Of a stretch of DNA of 64,000 nucleotides, positions 28,785-38,258 are shown piece by piece. This DNA comes from an archaeon (GTDB lineage: Archaea; B1Sed10-29; WALL01), in NCBI GenBank assembly GCA_042584585.1, contig JBHOSQ010000002.1, positions 32,001 through 96,000 of the forward strand, read 5' to 3'. Both the position numbers and the translations under genes were made by a program. A model generated the notes under the pieces. That model was not told where the DNA came from. It made no database searches and saw only the letters and a list, made by a program, of their open reading frames with translations. Positions within the stretch are counted from its first letter, which is position 1; each line of letters begins with the position of its first letter.

Positions 28785-29008
28785 GACACCCCCCTACCAC
28801 CTATTGCAATTACTATTCAGAGATAATGGGGATTAACGAATAGCCCGGAAAGGAGGGTATACAGAGGATACACTCGACTGCGTGGGCGGGCAACGTTCTG
28901 GTGCGCTTCAGGGTCAAGGACAGGGGATACTGCCGGCTCAAGGCGCAGCAGATTGGCGCCGTGATTGACGTGCGGCTCGCCACGCTGAGCGCGAAAACAT
29001 TCCGCTAG
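28781..29008 (+). pseudogene. Possible gene remnant with in-frame TAG
   Basis: ATG overlaps the tadC-like stop. The frame reads MRHPPTTYCNYYSEIMGINE*PGKEG...VLVRFRVKDRGYCRLKAQQIGAVIDVRLATLSAKTFR with one TAG at 28841. Confidence 0.3.
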
Positions 29009-29030
29009 CTTTTTAAACCGCTAGCGAATA

Positions 29031-29792
29031 ATGGGTTTTATGGCAGAGAAGGAGCAAGTCGTGAAAATAGTCCAGACCCACCCCCAAAAGGTCGAGGGCT
29101 ATACTTTGGTGGAGGGATTCCCAGGCATTGGCCTAATCGGCACGATTGCCGTGGGCTATTTGGCGGAAAAGCAGAAGACCGAGCCCGTCGGCTACATAAT
29201 GTCCCGGCAGTTCCCCCCGATGGCGTCCATCCACAAGGGCGAGCCCCTTTTCCCCGCACGGATTTACGTCGACCACAAGCACAAGCTTGTGCTGTTGTTC
29301 TCCGAATTCGTCGTGCCAGCGAGCACGGTCTATGACATCGCCGACCAAATAATCGCGTGGGCCCAGGAAAACAAAATCAAGCGGATTATTTCACTGGCGG
29401 GAATGACTTCCCGGGAAAAGGCGGGCGAGTCCGAGATTTATGGGATTGCCTCGACCGATGGCATGATAAAAGACCTCGAGAAGCACAAAGTAAAGGTAAT
29501 CACAGAAGGCGTGACGACCGGAGTGTCGGGAATACTCATGGCCAAGTGCAACGCCATCAAGTTCCCCGCGCTTAGCCTCTTGATTGAGACGGAGCACGGC
29601 TACCCAGACCCCGGTGCCGCGGCGGAGCTCTTGGAGCGGCTCGAAAAGTTCCTCGGCTACGACATAAAGACCGCGGACCTGTTGGGCGAGGCCAAGGAAA
29701 TCGAGGGCAAGATGAAGAAAATGCTCACCCAAATCAAGCTCGGGAAGATGAAGTACCAAGAAGCGGAAGAAAAAACGCCTATGTACGGCTAA
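29031..29792 (+). CDS. PAC2 family proteasome assembly chaperone (PbaB-like)
   Basis: LVEGFPGIGLIGTIA, GVSGILM and YPDPGAA motifs; C-terminal MYG (HbYX proteasome-docking motif). The start may be 29040. Confidence 0.9.
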   Translation: MGFMAEKEQVVKIVQTHPQKVEGYTLVEGFPGIGLIGTIAVGYLAEKQKTEPVGYIMSRQFPPMASIHKGEPLFPARIYVDHKHKLVLLFSEFVVPASTVYDIADQIIAWAQENKIKRIISLAGMTSREKAGESEIYGIASTDGMIKDLEKHKVKVITEGVTTGVSGILMAKCNAIKFPALSLLIETEHGYPDPGAAAELLERLEKFLGYDIKTADLLGEAKEIEGKMKKMLTQIKLGKMKYQEAEEKTPMYG

Positions 29793-29830
29793 GGCTTCTG
29801 CAAACCGATTTGGGAATCCACACTGAACTA

Positions 29831-29854
29831 GGGGGATGCCAATTGGCATCCCCC
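29831..29854. repeat. 24-bp perfect palindrome GGGGGATGCCAATTGGCATCCCCC
   Basis: Read directly. Intergenic. Shares the GCCAATTGGC core with the palindrome at 55747. Confidence 0.85.
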
Positions 29855-29934
29855 CTAGGCCGGCGGCAATTGTCACTCCCTGCGTTCTCAGCCCCCCAGT
29901 AAGTATTTTATACTTCCGAGGCTTAACTAGGCTC

Positions 29935-30471
29935 GTGAGGCTCCAGGACTACTACCGGCTAATGTCACCCAAGCTAACCGTGCTAGTCACAACCATTGAC
30001 GAAAAAGGCAGGACCGACGTGTCCCCGTTTTCGTTCGTTTCGCCGGTCTCGTTCGAGCCCCCCCTCGTGATGCTTAGCGTGGGGCTGAACAAGCACTCTT
30101 ACTGGGCAATGACCCGCGTCAAAGAGTTCGTGATTAATGTTCCGACCGAAAAAATCCTGGACAAGCTCTGGATTGCCGGCGGAAAATGGGACCCCAACGA
30201 GAGCAAGATAGACAAAGCGAAGCTGAAAACGGAGCCAGCCGAAAAAGTGAGGCCACCCCGGCTCTCGGAGTGCGTTGCGCACATCGAGTGCTACGAAGAG
30301 TTCTCGAAAAAGGCGGGGGACCACATCATGGTCGTCGGAAAAGTCGTCGCCGTGTCCGCGAACGAGGAATACCTCGACGAAAACAACAATCTGAAGGTTG
30401 ATGACGCCCGGCCGCCGCTGCATATAGCAGACAATTTGTTCGCTTTCCCGTATGTAACAAAAAGCTTGTGA
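29935..30471 (+). CDS. Flavin reductase-like (DIM6/NTAB, flavoredoxin-type) protein
   Basis: Likely GTG start at 29935, 24 nt after a TATA-like element. Motifs SPFSF.SPVSFEPP, EFVINVP, AHIEC and GDHIMVVGKV. Confidence 0.88.
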   Translation: MRLQDYYRLMSPKLTVLVTTIDEKGRTDVSPFSFVSPVSFEPPLVMLSVGLNKHSYWAMTRVKEFVINVPTEKILDKLWIAGGKWDPNESKIDKAKLKTEPAEKVRPPRLSECVAHIECYEEFSKKAGDHIMVVGKVVAVSANEEYLDENNNLKVDDARPPLHIADNLFAFPYVTKSL

Positions 30472-30474
30472 AAA

Positions 30475-31398
30475 CTATTTCTTTAGGGCACTCACGAGGA
30501 GCGGCAGCAGTATTGTCGCGTCGCCCTCGACAGTGACGTACTTGGCGTCTTCCTTTACCTTGCCCCACGAGACTGCCTCGCGGACCCTGGCGCCGGAAAG
30601 CGAGCCGTCCCACTCCGCCGCAGTCGTCATGCCAATCGCGTAATCCAAGCCCCCGCGGAACTGGTTCCACCAAATCACGTGGTGCTTGCTGATGCCGCCG
30701 CCAACCATCAAGGCACCGGTGTTCTTCGCATCGAAGACTATTTCGCTAAGTGCCTGCTCGTCCTCGAACAGGTTTACCTTGAAGTCCTTGTGGCTGTCCT
30801 GCCAGTACATCCAAAGCTGTGAGCCCCACGCGCCGTCCATCGGGCCCGGCAGGAAAACCGGGACCTTGTTTTTCCACGCCCAGTACGCAATGGACTCTTC
30901 CGCCTTTTCCTCGTCCTTGATTGCCTCGCCAAAGGCCCAGACCAGGTCGCGCGTGGACCACTCGGATTTCTTTTTGTGCAGCTTCGGGAGGATTTCCTGC
31001 ATTTTCTGCTCCAGAATAACGCCGTATGAATCGTTGGGGACGAAGACGTTCCCAAGCCGGTTAATGCCCTTCTTGTACAGCTCGGCGTCGTCCGCCTGGA
31101 AAGAGCCGTGGTAGTAATCCCTCCACAAGCGCGCGAGGTCATGGTCCATCGTGCCACACGTCGTTATGACGACGTCTGCCATTTTTTCCTTTACCATCTC
31201 CTTGATGATGCCGCGCGTCCCGGTGGCGATAATGCACGCGGGAAACGACAAGAACTTTGTGCAGTCCCCGTCGAGCATGCGCTTGTAAATGTCCGTGGCT
31301 ACCCCCAACTTTTTTGCCGTGAAGCCACCGGAGCCAAGGTACTGGCTCATCAGCTCTTCGACGCTTTCAGTTGCATGAATATCCCTAACAGGTTCCAT
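30475..31398 (-). CDS. dys: Deoxyhypusine synthase
   Basis: Start MEPVRD at 31398. Motifs GGFTAKKL, GINRLGNVFVP, GGGISKHH, DGSLSGA.. REAVSWGKV (catalytic Lys) and EGDATILLP. Confidence 0.95.
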   Translation of the reverse strand: MEPVRDIHATESVEELMSQYLGSGGFTAKKLGVATDIYKRMLDGDCTKFLSFPACIIATGTRGIIKEMVKEKMADVVITTCGTMDHDLARLWRDYYHGSFQADDAELYKKGINRLGNVFVPNDSYGVILEQKMQEILPKLHKKKSEWSTRDLVWAFGEAIKDEEKAEESIAYWAWKNKVPVFLPGPMDGAWGSQLWMYWQDSHKDFKVNLFEDEQALSEIVFDAKNTGALMVGGGISKHHVIWWNQFRGGLDYAIGMTTAAEWDGSLSGARVREAVSWGKVKEDAKYVTVEGDATILLPLLVSALKK

Positions 31399-31411
31399 AG
31401 AAAAACACCCC

Positions 31412-34400
31412 TTAAGTCTTGCGGTAAATGAAGTACATTCCCGCGAACAAGAAAAGCAGGTACATGAACAGCTCGGCACCCTCGCCGCGGAGCGGAACCG
31501 CCGGCGGGGTGATGTCCTCGCCCTCGTATTCCCTGACTTCGCTGCGCACGCTGCTCGGCTGCAGCAGCGGCGGGTCAGTGCGGCCGGTGATTGGGTTGAA
31601 GCCGTTGAGCTTGAAGTCGTTGTTCAGCTCGACCGGCTGGCCGTTCACGAATATGTAGTTGTTGTTGTCCGCGTCGTAGCGGATGGCGCCGCCGGTCCCC
31701 TTCAGATAAGTGACGAGCGCTTCCTCGAGCAATATGTTGCCTTTGCCGTCGTTTATCGTCAAAAGCGTCCGGCCAAGCGAGTCTACCTTGGTCTGGATTT
31801 CGCGGAGCAGGTTGGCCTCGACGTGTGGCTGGTCCTTCTCGTACACCAGTATGTCGCCGGTCGCCTCGTCAATCTCGACTTGGTCCGCGTCGTAAATCTC
31901 TTTTTCCCCGTTGTAGAACAACTCGAACTTGGTCTCGTTGTCCTCGTCGGTGAAGAACCTCCAGCCCGCCTTCTCCTCGTCCTGGACCTCTCCGTCTCCG
32001 TTCATGTCCTTCCACGCGTCCAGCCTCGTGATGGTGCCGAGCTTGTCGCCGCCCGGAACCCCCGCGACCGCCGCGTTAAGCCCGAGCAAGTTGTTCTGTG
32101 CGTCAAACACTTCCAATTGCTCGCCGGTAACGCTGCGCAAAGGCACGCCCTGAGTGTAGTCAAGCCACTGCTTGCCACTCATGGTCGGCATGAAGTACTT
32201 GGGGAGAATGTAAATCTTGTCGCCCTTCTTGATTATCGAGCCGCCGGTGAACACCGCGGACTCGAAGCCAAGTGTCTCGTCGTTGAACAAGACGTTCGCT
32301 GTGGCGGTGACGGTGGCGTCTTCCTCGCTGAAGCCGAACGAGCCGTCGGGCCGGTCGTGCTCGAAGCGGAAGTCGCCGTTGTAGTCCACGCTCGGGTAGA
32401 TGGAGCCGCCGTCCGTGTTGATTACGCGGAGCGTGCCCATCATCCTTGCGACTTCGTCAAAGCCTTCTTCCTCGAACTTTGTGACGACGTCCTGGTTGAT
32501 TGTGAGGCGTGTCCCGGTCTTGTCCACCGAGAACAGCATGCAATCAGTTGCCGCTGGCGTGTTCACCGCAATCGCGGTGTTGGGAATCACTAGTGCGGGG
32601 AGCTCGGTGTCCATCCACTTGAACGGCACCAACTCGTCCGTGACGATTGTCCTGCCGCCGACCGTGACCGACTCGCCCTGGATGTTGAGGCATGTTTCTT
32701 CCATTGGGTTGCCAGCGTCGTCAAGGCTACACAGGTTAATCGGTAGGTTGCCCTCGAGCCACTGGACTGAGACGTCCTGCAGGTGCGCGTAGTACACCTC
32801 ATCCATCGCTATTCGGCCGGACGCGTCGTATCCCTCGGTGTGGACGTTGAGCTGCTGCTGCGAGAACTCTTCCAGCGGGTTGGTGACGTCGCCGAGGCCG
32901 CTGGCGTCAAGGAAGTCGCCGACGGGCAGGTTCTCTAGGCCGGGCAGGGACTTCAGTTGCTCTGCCTGCTGCTGCTCCGCAATCATGACCGGGTCGCTGT
33001 AGGACGCGGCGCCAATAATCGTGAAAGTGTGTTCCTGGCACGTGCCCAAGTCGCGGAGGCACGCCTCGCGGAGCTGGATTTTGTAAATCGCGAGCGCGAC
33101 GTCTGCAAGCACTATTACCGCGCCGGCGGGACCAGCCAAGCCCATGGATGCAATCGCAACGTCGGCTACTGCAGTGCCGACCATTCCAGTGCTGCCCATT
33201 CCTTCCTGGTTGAGGCAGCTGCTCAGGACCGTGGCGCAGTTTTTTCTCTCGTCGCACGTGAAATCAGGGTTGTCGGACTCGCCTGTACGCACACATTGGG
33301 AAAGGTCCTCCATGTCGGTGTACTGCGCGGTCACGAACGCCTCACCCGCGAGGAGTGAGCTCTTCGTCGTTAGGAATAAGCCGAGCGGTGCGCCAAGTAC
33401 GCTCGCACCGAGCCCAAGGCCGCCGAGCGTCCCGCGGGTGAAGAACAGTGAATAAGAAGATGACGCAAGGAGCATGTTGGTGAACACGCCCCAGTTCCCT
33501 ATCTTCTTAATGAAAGAGTCGAACTGCGTGAAGACTCCGCCCGGCAGGTTTTGCTCGTCCTCGTACATGTGGCCGTACAAGTCAATCTTGTTGGTCCACA
33601 TGCCCATTGCGGTTACGAGATTGTTTTCGCCGCCTTTTTTGTGCATGGTGCGGACGTCTTCGACCGCTGAGTAGACGTGGTCATCCCACTCGCGGATGTG
33701 CATGATGTAATGGTCGCCTTTCTGCTCGATGTGGGTGGTGCCGGTCGGGTTTTCTTCGACTACTTCGATTACTCCACCACTGGGCGGGTACATTATCCCG
33801 CCGAACACGAGGACGTCGCCGAGCAGGTTTGCCTTCGAGACGAGGGGCTCCATGTTTTCGTTTACTTGTCCAAGCACGCCGAAGAAAATGGCGCCGAGCT
33901 CGCCGCCCGTGTAAGATGACAACAAGCCTTTGACGAGGCTGTTCTGGGCGAGGAGCACGATGACTGAGTCGTCTTGGTAGTACTCGCCGATTTCGTCTTT
34001 GTTGTAGCGGAGGGTCAGGCCCGCGCCGCTGAGCTCGAAGAAGCCCTGGCGGAAGAACAAGTCGTTGACCGAGTGCAGGCCGCGCGCGACCATGACCGCG
34101 AGCGTACCTGGGCTCGTGTAAATAGCTATGGCGAGGCGGTTAAGCGAGTTTACTGCAACCTGAACGCCAATGCTTCCACCTGACCTAGCTGCACTTTCTG
34201 CTGCGTCAGGGAACACTTCCTTGAAAATGGCTGAGGGTGAGCCACTCGTAACAGCGGTGCCAAACCGCCTCAGGCCGCCTGCAGCCCTCTGCCCGACAAT
34301 TCCATCGAGGAGCGCGATGCCGGCGTCCTGTTCGCCCATTAACTCTTTGGCAAGATCCTCATAGCCCAGGGGCGATAAGACTTCTTGTCCACCCTGACGA

Positions 34401-36070
34401 AACATATTCTTTTCATTACGGAGGTAAAAGTCAAAGTCGTCTCCCCATCTTGTTTGTCTCTCATCTACTGGCAGGCGCAAGTAGCCTTCGTAAAGCTCGT
34501 CCCGCCTTTTCAGCCAGTCTTCTGCCTTGGCTACCTTCCCCTCCATCATATAGTCCAAGTCAACTGTTGCAACGCCCCGTTCCATCTTAGCGACGAGGCC
34601 TTGCCCCGAGACAGCCGACTGGATATCCCCGCTCTTCATGGCTCTACCCAAGTCGTCGTATTGCTTGAACAACTCTTTTCCGGTATCTGCGTCTATAATA
34701 TTCTTTTCGTACTTGGCGAGCTGCCCTTGGTAGGTGGCTATATCGTCATAAGAATGCAGCCCAGCGGGGAAATTATTATTCAAATAATTAAGCAGCCGCT
34801 GGTTTTGGGCAAGTTCTGAAACTCCCCCATCACCCAGCCCATTCAACCGATACAATTCTTGAGCCATTTCAGGGTCATTAACAAACTCCTGGATGAAGTT
34901 CAGATTAGTGTAGTAATTGTAGTCCGTCATCATCCCCTTACTGATGGGAACCTCATCAATGTTCTGAAGGGCCTTGGCCCTCAACACATCCATCTGTTTT
35001 ATGCCTTGCTCCCCTCGCGTCGAAAACAATTCTCCTAGTGCCTCCAATTGCTTTGGATCTTTTGGATCCAGACTCGCAACGTCGTCTGCGAAACCCCCAT
35101 GCGTCTTCGCCAAACTGCGCAGGTCAGTCATAGCCAAGGAATCGTCCATCATCTTGCCGGCGCTTCCCCTGCTGGTGGCGACATCCCTAATCCACTGGAA
35201 AAACCCTTTTCGTTGGTTGGCGTTCGCTCCTTTTTTCAAGTGTTTTGCAGTTTTGAACGATGCAGCCGCGCCAACAACGCCGACCACTAAGTCGACCATG
35301 TCCAGCTTTTTCATGGCAGCCGTGTAAATCACGAGTGCCTGTGGAAGAATGAAAACAGTCGAGCCGGGGCCGCTCGTGGCCATGCTCGTCGTGAACTCCG
35401 TCATGCGGATTCGGGATTGGCCAAGGTCCAAAACATCCGCAGGCGCGAGCTCGCCGATTCCCTCAAGGCTCACGAAGAAAGACATTAAGTCGGCCTTCGT
35501 CTTCGCCTTCTCAAGCTCCGCGATGTAAGCATCGCGCTTGTCCAAGTCGCCCTTAGCCACGCACACATTCTCGGTCACGTTCGACGGGCTCTTCCCGCAC
35601 ATCGCAAGGTTTTCCCGGAGGTGGCCGCCGTACTCGATTCTTCCGGTGATTTCGGTGCCAATCAAGTAGCCGTTGTCCGGGCGCATTAAATCATCGAGAA
35701 CCTCGTAGTAAAACACGGCGCCGTCAGGCCCCATGAAATAAAAGTTGTAGTTGTCGAGCAATTTCGAGCGGTCCGTGCGGGTGTCGACGCCCAATTCCTC
35801 GAGCGCGGACTGGCGGCGGTACTCTTCCGCAGAAGTCGCGACGTCCTGCGTCACAATCCCCTGCAAGGCAGTCGCCTGACGGTAGTCAAGCTCCACAACC
35901 TCAAGGGCGGAATCAACCGCACACGTGCTGCCAGGCTCGGAAATTAGCTCAGGCTCACCAGAAATTAGCTCGATTTCTTCCTCGCCGTTCTCCTGCGCCA
36001 TAACGCCGAACGGCGTGAACAGCGAGAACAATAGGAGGGACAAAATGAATACAGCAGACGCCCTATCCAT
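31412..36070 (-). CDS. Large (1552 aa) secreted, C-terminally anchored protein with internal hydrophobic hairpins; candidate archaeosortase substrate
   Basis: N-terminal signal peptide, several Gly/Ala-rich hydrophobic segments, and a C-terminus PPAVPLR...LFMYLLFLFAGMYFIY-RKT (motif, TM, basic tail). Confidence 0.8.
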   Translation of the reverse strand: MDRASAVFILSLLLFSLFTPFGVMAQENGEEEIELISGEPELISEPGSTCAVDSALEVVELDYRQATALQGIVTQDVATSAEEYRRQSALEELGVDTRTDRSKLLDNYNFYFMGPDGAVFYYEVLDDLMRPDNGYLIGTEITGRIEYGGHLRENLAMCGKSPSNVTENVCVAKGDLDKRDAYIAELEKAKTKADLMSFFVSLEGIGELAPADVLDLGQSRIRMTEFTTSMATSGPGSTVFILPQALVIYTAAMKKLDMVDLVVGVVGAAASFKTAKHLKKGANANQRKGFFQWIRDVATSRGSAGKMMDDSLAMTDLRSLAKTHGGFADDVASLDPKDPKQLEALGELFSTRGEQGIKQMDVLRAKALQNIDEVPISKGMMTDYNYYTNLNFIQEFVNDPEMAQELYRLNGLGDGGVSELAQNQRLLNYLNNNFPAGLHSYDDIATYQGQLAKYEKNIIDADTGKELFKQYDDLGRAMKSGDIQSAVSGQGLVAKMERGVATVDLDYMMEGKVAKAEDWLKRRDELYEGYLRLPVDERQTRWGDDFDFYLRNEKNMFRQGGQEVLSPLGYEDLAKELMGEQDAGIALLDGIVGQRAAGGLRRFGTAVTSGSPSAIFKEVFPDAAESAARSGGSIGVQVAVNSLNRLAIAIYTSPGTLAVMVARGLHSVNDLFFRQGFFELSGAGLTLRYNKDEIGEYYQDDSVIVLLAQNSLVKGLLSSYTGGELGAIFFGVLGQVNENMEPLVSKANLLGDVLVFGGIMYPPSGGVIEVVEENPTGTTHIEQKGDHYIMHIREWDDHVYSAVEDVRTMHKKGGENNLVTAMGMWTNKIDLYGHMYEDEQNLPGGVFTQFDSFIKKIGNWGVFTNMLLASSSYSLFFTRGTLGGLGLGASVLGAPLGLFLTTKSSLLAGEAFVTAQYTDMEDLSQCVRTGESDNPDFTCDERKNCATVLSSCLNQEGMGSTGMVGTAVADVAIASMGLAGPAGAVIVLADVALAIYKIQLREACLRDLGTCQEHTFTIIGAASYSDPVMIAEQQQAEQLKSLPGLENLPVGDFLDASGLGDVTNPLEEFSQQQLNVHTEGYDASGRIAMDEVYYAHLQDVSVQWLEGNLPINLCSLDDAGNPMEETCLNIQGESVTVGGRTIVTDELVPFKWMDTELPALVIPNTAIAVNTPAATDCMLFSVDKTGTRLTINQDVVTKFEEEGFDEVARMMGTLRVINTDGGSIYPSVDYNGDFRFEHDRPDGSFGFSEEDATVTATANVLFNDETLGFESAVFTGGSIIKKGDKIYILPKYFMPTMSGKQWLDYTQGVPLRSVTGEQLEVFDAQNNLLGLNAAVAGVPGGDKLGTITRLDAWKDMNGDGEVQDEEKAGWRFFTDEDNETKFELFYNGEKEIYDADQVEIDEATGDILVYEKDQPHVEANLLREIQTKVDSLGRTLLTINDGKGNILLEEALVTYLKGTGGAIRYDADNNNYIFVNGQPVELNNDFKLNGFNPITGRTDPPLLQPSSVRSEVREYEGEDITPPAVPLRGEGAELFMYLLFLFAGMYFIYRKT

Positions 36071-36093
36071 ACTATGTTTATACCATTAAAGAG

Positions 36094-36101
36094 TATATAA
36101 A
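36094..36101 (-). promoter_or_regulatory. TATA box (TTTATATA) for the 1552-aa gene
   Basis: About 24 nt upstream of ATG 36070, typical spacing for a leaderless archaeal transcript. Confidence 0.65.
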
Positions 36102-36123
36102 GGTCGCGTCTTCTCCGTCAGCG

Positions 36124-36552
36124 CTAGAGCAGCGCAAAGACCTGGAACACAAACACCATGAAATACCAGAAGACTAAGGACGCCAAAAGCGACAGGAAGT
36201 AAATCATGAGGTGCCACGGCAGCACCGGCCACTTCTCCATGATTTTGCGGTAGACCATTGCCATTGGCATCACGAAGACGACAAAGGTATAGGTCGCGGG
36301 CTCGAAAAAAGTCAGGATGGGAATAGCCGTCCCGTACCAGAAGGCGATGACGGTTTGTGCCAGAAGGAAATACGCCTCTGTCGCGAGAAACGCGGAAAAG
36401 TACCACGGCTTCAGGTTCTTGAGCGCGAGCTTCGCCGCAACCGCCGCGGCAAACGCCACGAGCGACGAAAGAAACGCGATTATGAGCGTCGCTTGGTAGT
36501 CGCCGTACAGGAGCGGCAGCCTCAAAAACGTGAAATAAATCTCGAGCAGCAT
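36124..36552 (-). CDS. Integral membrane protein (about 4 TM)
   Basis: Likely start MLLEIYF at 36552. Mostly hydrophobic. Last gene of the prepilin run. Confidence 0.7.
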   Translation of the reverse strand: MLLEIYFTFLRLPLLYGDYQATLIIAFLSSLVAFAAAVAAKLALKNLKPWYFSAFLATEAYFLLAQTVIAFWYGTAIPILTFFEPATYTFVVFVMPMAMVYRKIMEKWPVLPWHLMIYFLSLLASLVFWYFMVFVFQVFALL

Positions 36553-36572
36553 TCGGTTACACCATACGCGCT

Positions 36573-37112
36573 TCAGTAATAAATCTTTATGTCCATCACG
36601 CACCGGAAAGTGCCGCACGTCTTGTGCTCGATGGGCGAAGAGTAATACGAAAACTTGTAAAAGTTGATTGTGCCGTCAGGGTTCCGGAGGCGCGACAGCA
36701 AGTTGCCGCAGTCCAGGTAAATCGGGTTTTCCGTGTCGCCGACGCGCACGCCGTCGGACTCGCTGTACAAAGTGAGCAAAAGCGGCGTGGGGGACTGCTC
36801 GCAAAGCTCCTCCCACTGCGAGTTAAGCAGTGCATAGCGGCCGCTAGTGCTGTTGAAGTCACCGCGCATGTACGACCCCATTTCGTTCAGCCACGGCTTC
36901 AGCACCGCCCCTCCGCCAATGTCGTATTCGTACTCCAGGTTGCTCAATGCCACGACAGAGCTGCCGACGTAGTCAGAAAAGTAAATGTAGCGGTAGGCCT
37001 CGAAGCTCTTGTTGCCGTAGACAGAGCCCGCCCACAAAAGCACGGCCGCCGCGAGCCCGCAAATCATCAGGAAAAAAATCGCGTCGAAGACCATTGCCTG
37101 GCCCCTCTTCAT
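36573..37112 (-). CDS. Class III signal peptide (prepilin-like) protein
   Basis: MKRG|QAMVFDAIFFLMICGLAAAVLLW; ATGA overlap at 37109-37112. Confidence 0.82.
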   Translation of the reverse strand: MKRGQAMVFDAIFFLMICGLAAAVLLWAGSVYGNKSFEAYRYIYFSDYVGSSVVALSNLEYEYDIGGGAVLKPWLNEMGSYMRGDFNSTSGRYALLNSQWEELCEQSPTPLLLTLYSESDGVRVGDTENPIYLDCGNLLSRLRNPDGTINFYKFSYYSSPIEHKTCGTFRCVMDIKIYY

Positions 37113-37648
37113 GTCCACGTCGTCACCACCAGAGTCGCCAGCTCGTTGCCGGTCTCGGCCTCAATCAAAACAGGGTACACGAGGGAGATAAAGAAGTCTG
37201 TTTCGTATGGGATGGAGTCGCCGTATTCGTCCTCGGTGTCGACGCACGGGTTTTCGTAAAGCCGGTCGTTGAACGGCGACGAAGTCAAGCGCGGGATGAA
37301 CTCAATTGTTTCCACCGGGACGCCGGGGTCGTGCTTCTTCAGCTCCAGCTTCGCGCGCACCCCATAGTTCGCCTTGGTGCGGTCCACCAGCGCGCACATC
37401 CCCGAGGTGTCGTCGCCCCAATACTCTTTCGAGAACACCAATTGCGAGCGCGCCGCCTTTGCCAGCGCGACGTTCGCCTCTATCAAAAGCGCGGCGTTTC
37501 GCTTCTCGGTATAATAGTCGTACGTCAAAGTGATTGCCGAAAAAAACAGCATCAATCCAAGGGCAATCGGGAAAATCGCGGGGAAGTCGTCGCCCAACGG
37601 CCCGAGGTATCCCCTAGATGCAGTTGGAATTATCTTCCCACCCCCCAT
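37109..37648 (-). CDS. Class III signal peptide (prepilin-like) protein
   Basis: SRG|YLGPLGDDFPAIFPIALGLMLFFSAI. The start is uncertain (37648 or 37660). Confidence 0.72.
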   Translation of the reverse strand: MGGGKIIPTASRGYLGPLGDDFPAIFPIALGLMLFFSAITLTYDYYTEKRNAALLIEANVALAKAARSQLVFSKEYWGDDTSGMCALVDRTKANYGVRAKLELKKHDPGVPVETIEFIPRLTSSPFNDRLYENPCVDTEDEYGDSIPYETDFFISLVYPVLIEAETGNELATLVVTTWT

Positions 37649-38246
37649 AGCAGCACTCACCCAGCCGCTCTACAGAAGCCTCGACGGGCACGCCTTCCTT
37701 GACAGTGCCCACGCAAAACACGGTGTTGTTCCGCGAGAATATGATTGTGTCGTCCCGGCCGGAATTCACTGACGGCGAGACGATGAGCGTGTCGCTGGGA
37801 AACGCTTCCCTGAAGCCGACTTCGCCGTCCCTGCCCTCGAACAAAAGGATTTCGCCGTTCGGGTCGTCCGAAATGTCGAAGGGCATGCTTACTGCTGTGG
37901 CTGCAACAATGCCGTCTTCCGTCATTTCGTCCTCGGTCTCGTGCAGTCCCCACGCCAGAAAAATCGCGACCCGCTCGTTGGACACGCGCTTGACCATCAC
38001 GGTGTAGGGGCGCGACGCTTCCCTCACCTCCATGAGCCTCGACAAGTAGACACTGTCGGTGCTGGCCCGGTAAAGCAACGCGCCGTTCGCGACCTCGCCC
38101 CACAAAAGCGTGTGGCTGCGCGCGGTGTCAGAAATTATTTTTTCGCTGTAGACCCGCATGAACAAAGTGAGCACAAGCACGAGCGAGAATAAGAAAATCA
38201 GCATTACCATCTTGCTCATTATCCACATTCCCAAGCCGCGCTTCAC
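37614..38246 (-). CDS. Class III signal peptide (prepilin-like) protein
   Basis: MKRG|LGMWIMSKMVMLIFLFSLVLVLTLF; GTG start. Confidence 0.78.
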   Translation of the reverse strand: MKRGLGMWIMSKMVMLIFLFSLVLVLTLFMRVYSEKIISDTARSHTLLWGEVANGALLYRASTDSVYLSRLMEVREASRPYTVMVKRVSNERVAIFLAWGLHETEDEMTEDGIVAATAVSMPFDISDDPNGEILLFEGRDGEVGFREAFPSDTLIVSPSVNSGRDDTIIFSRNNTVFCVGTVKEGVPVEASVERLGECCYGGWEDNSNCI

Positions 38247-38258
38247 TCAAAAACCACC

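Noticed and set aside
29031-31398. PAC2 chaperone and deoxyhypusine synthase as parts of the surface system
   Set aside because: They are ordinary housekeeping genes separating two convergent clusters, and nothing in the sequence ties them functionally to the pili.
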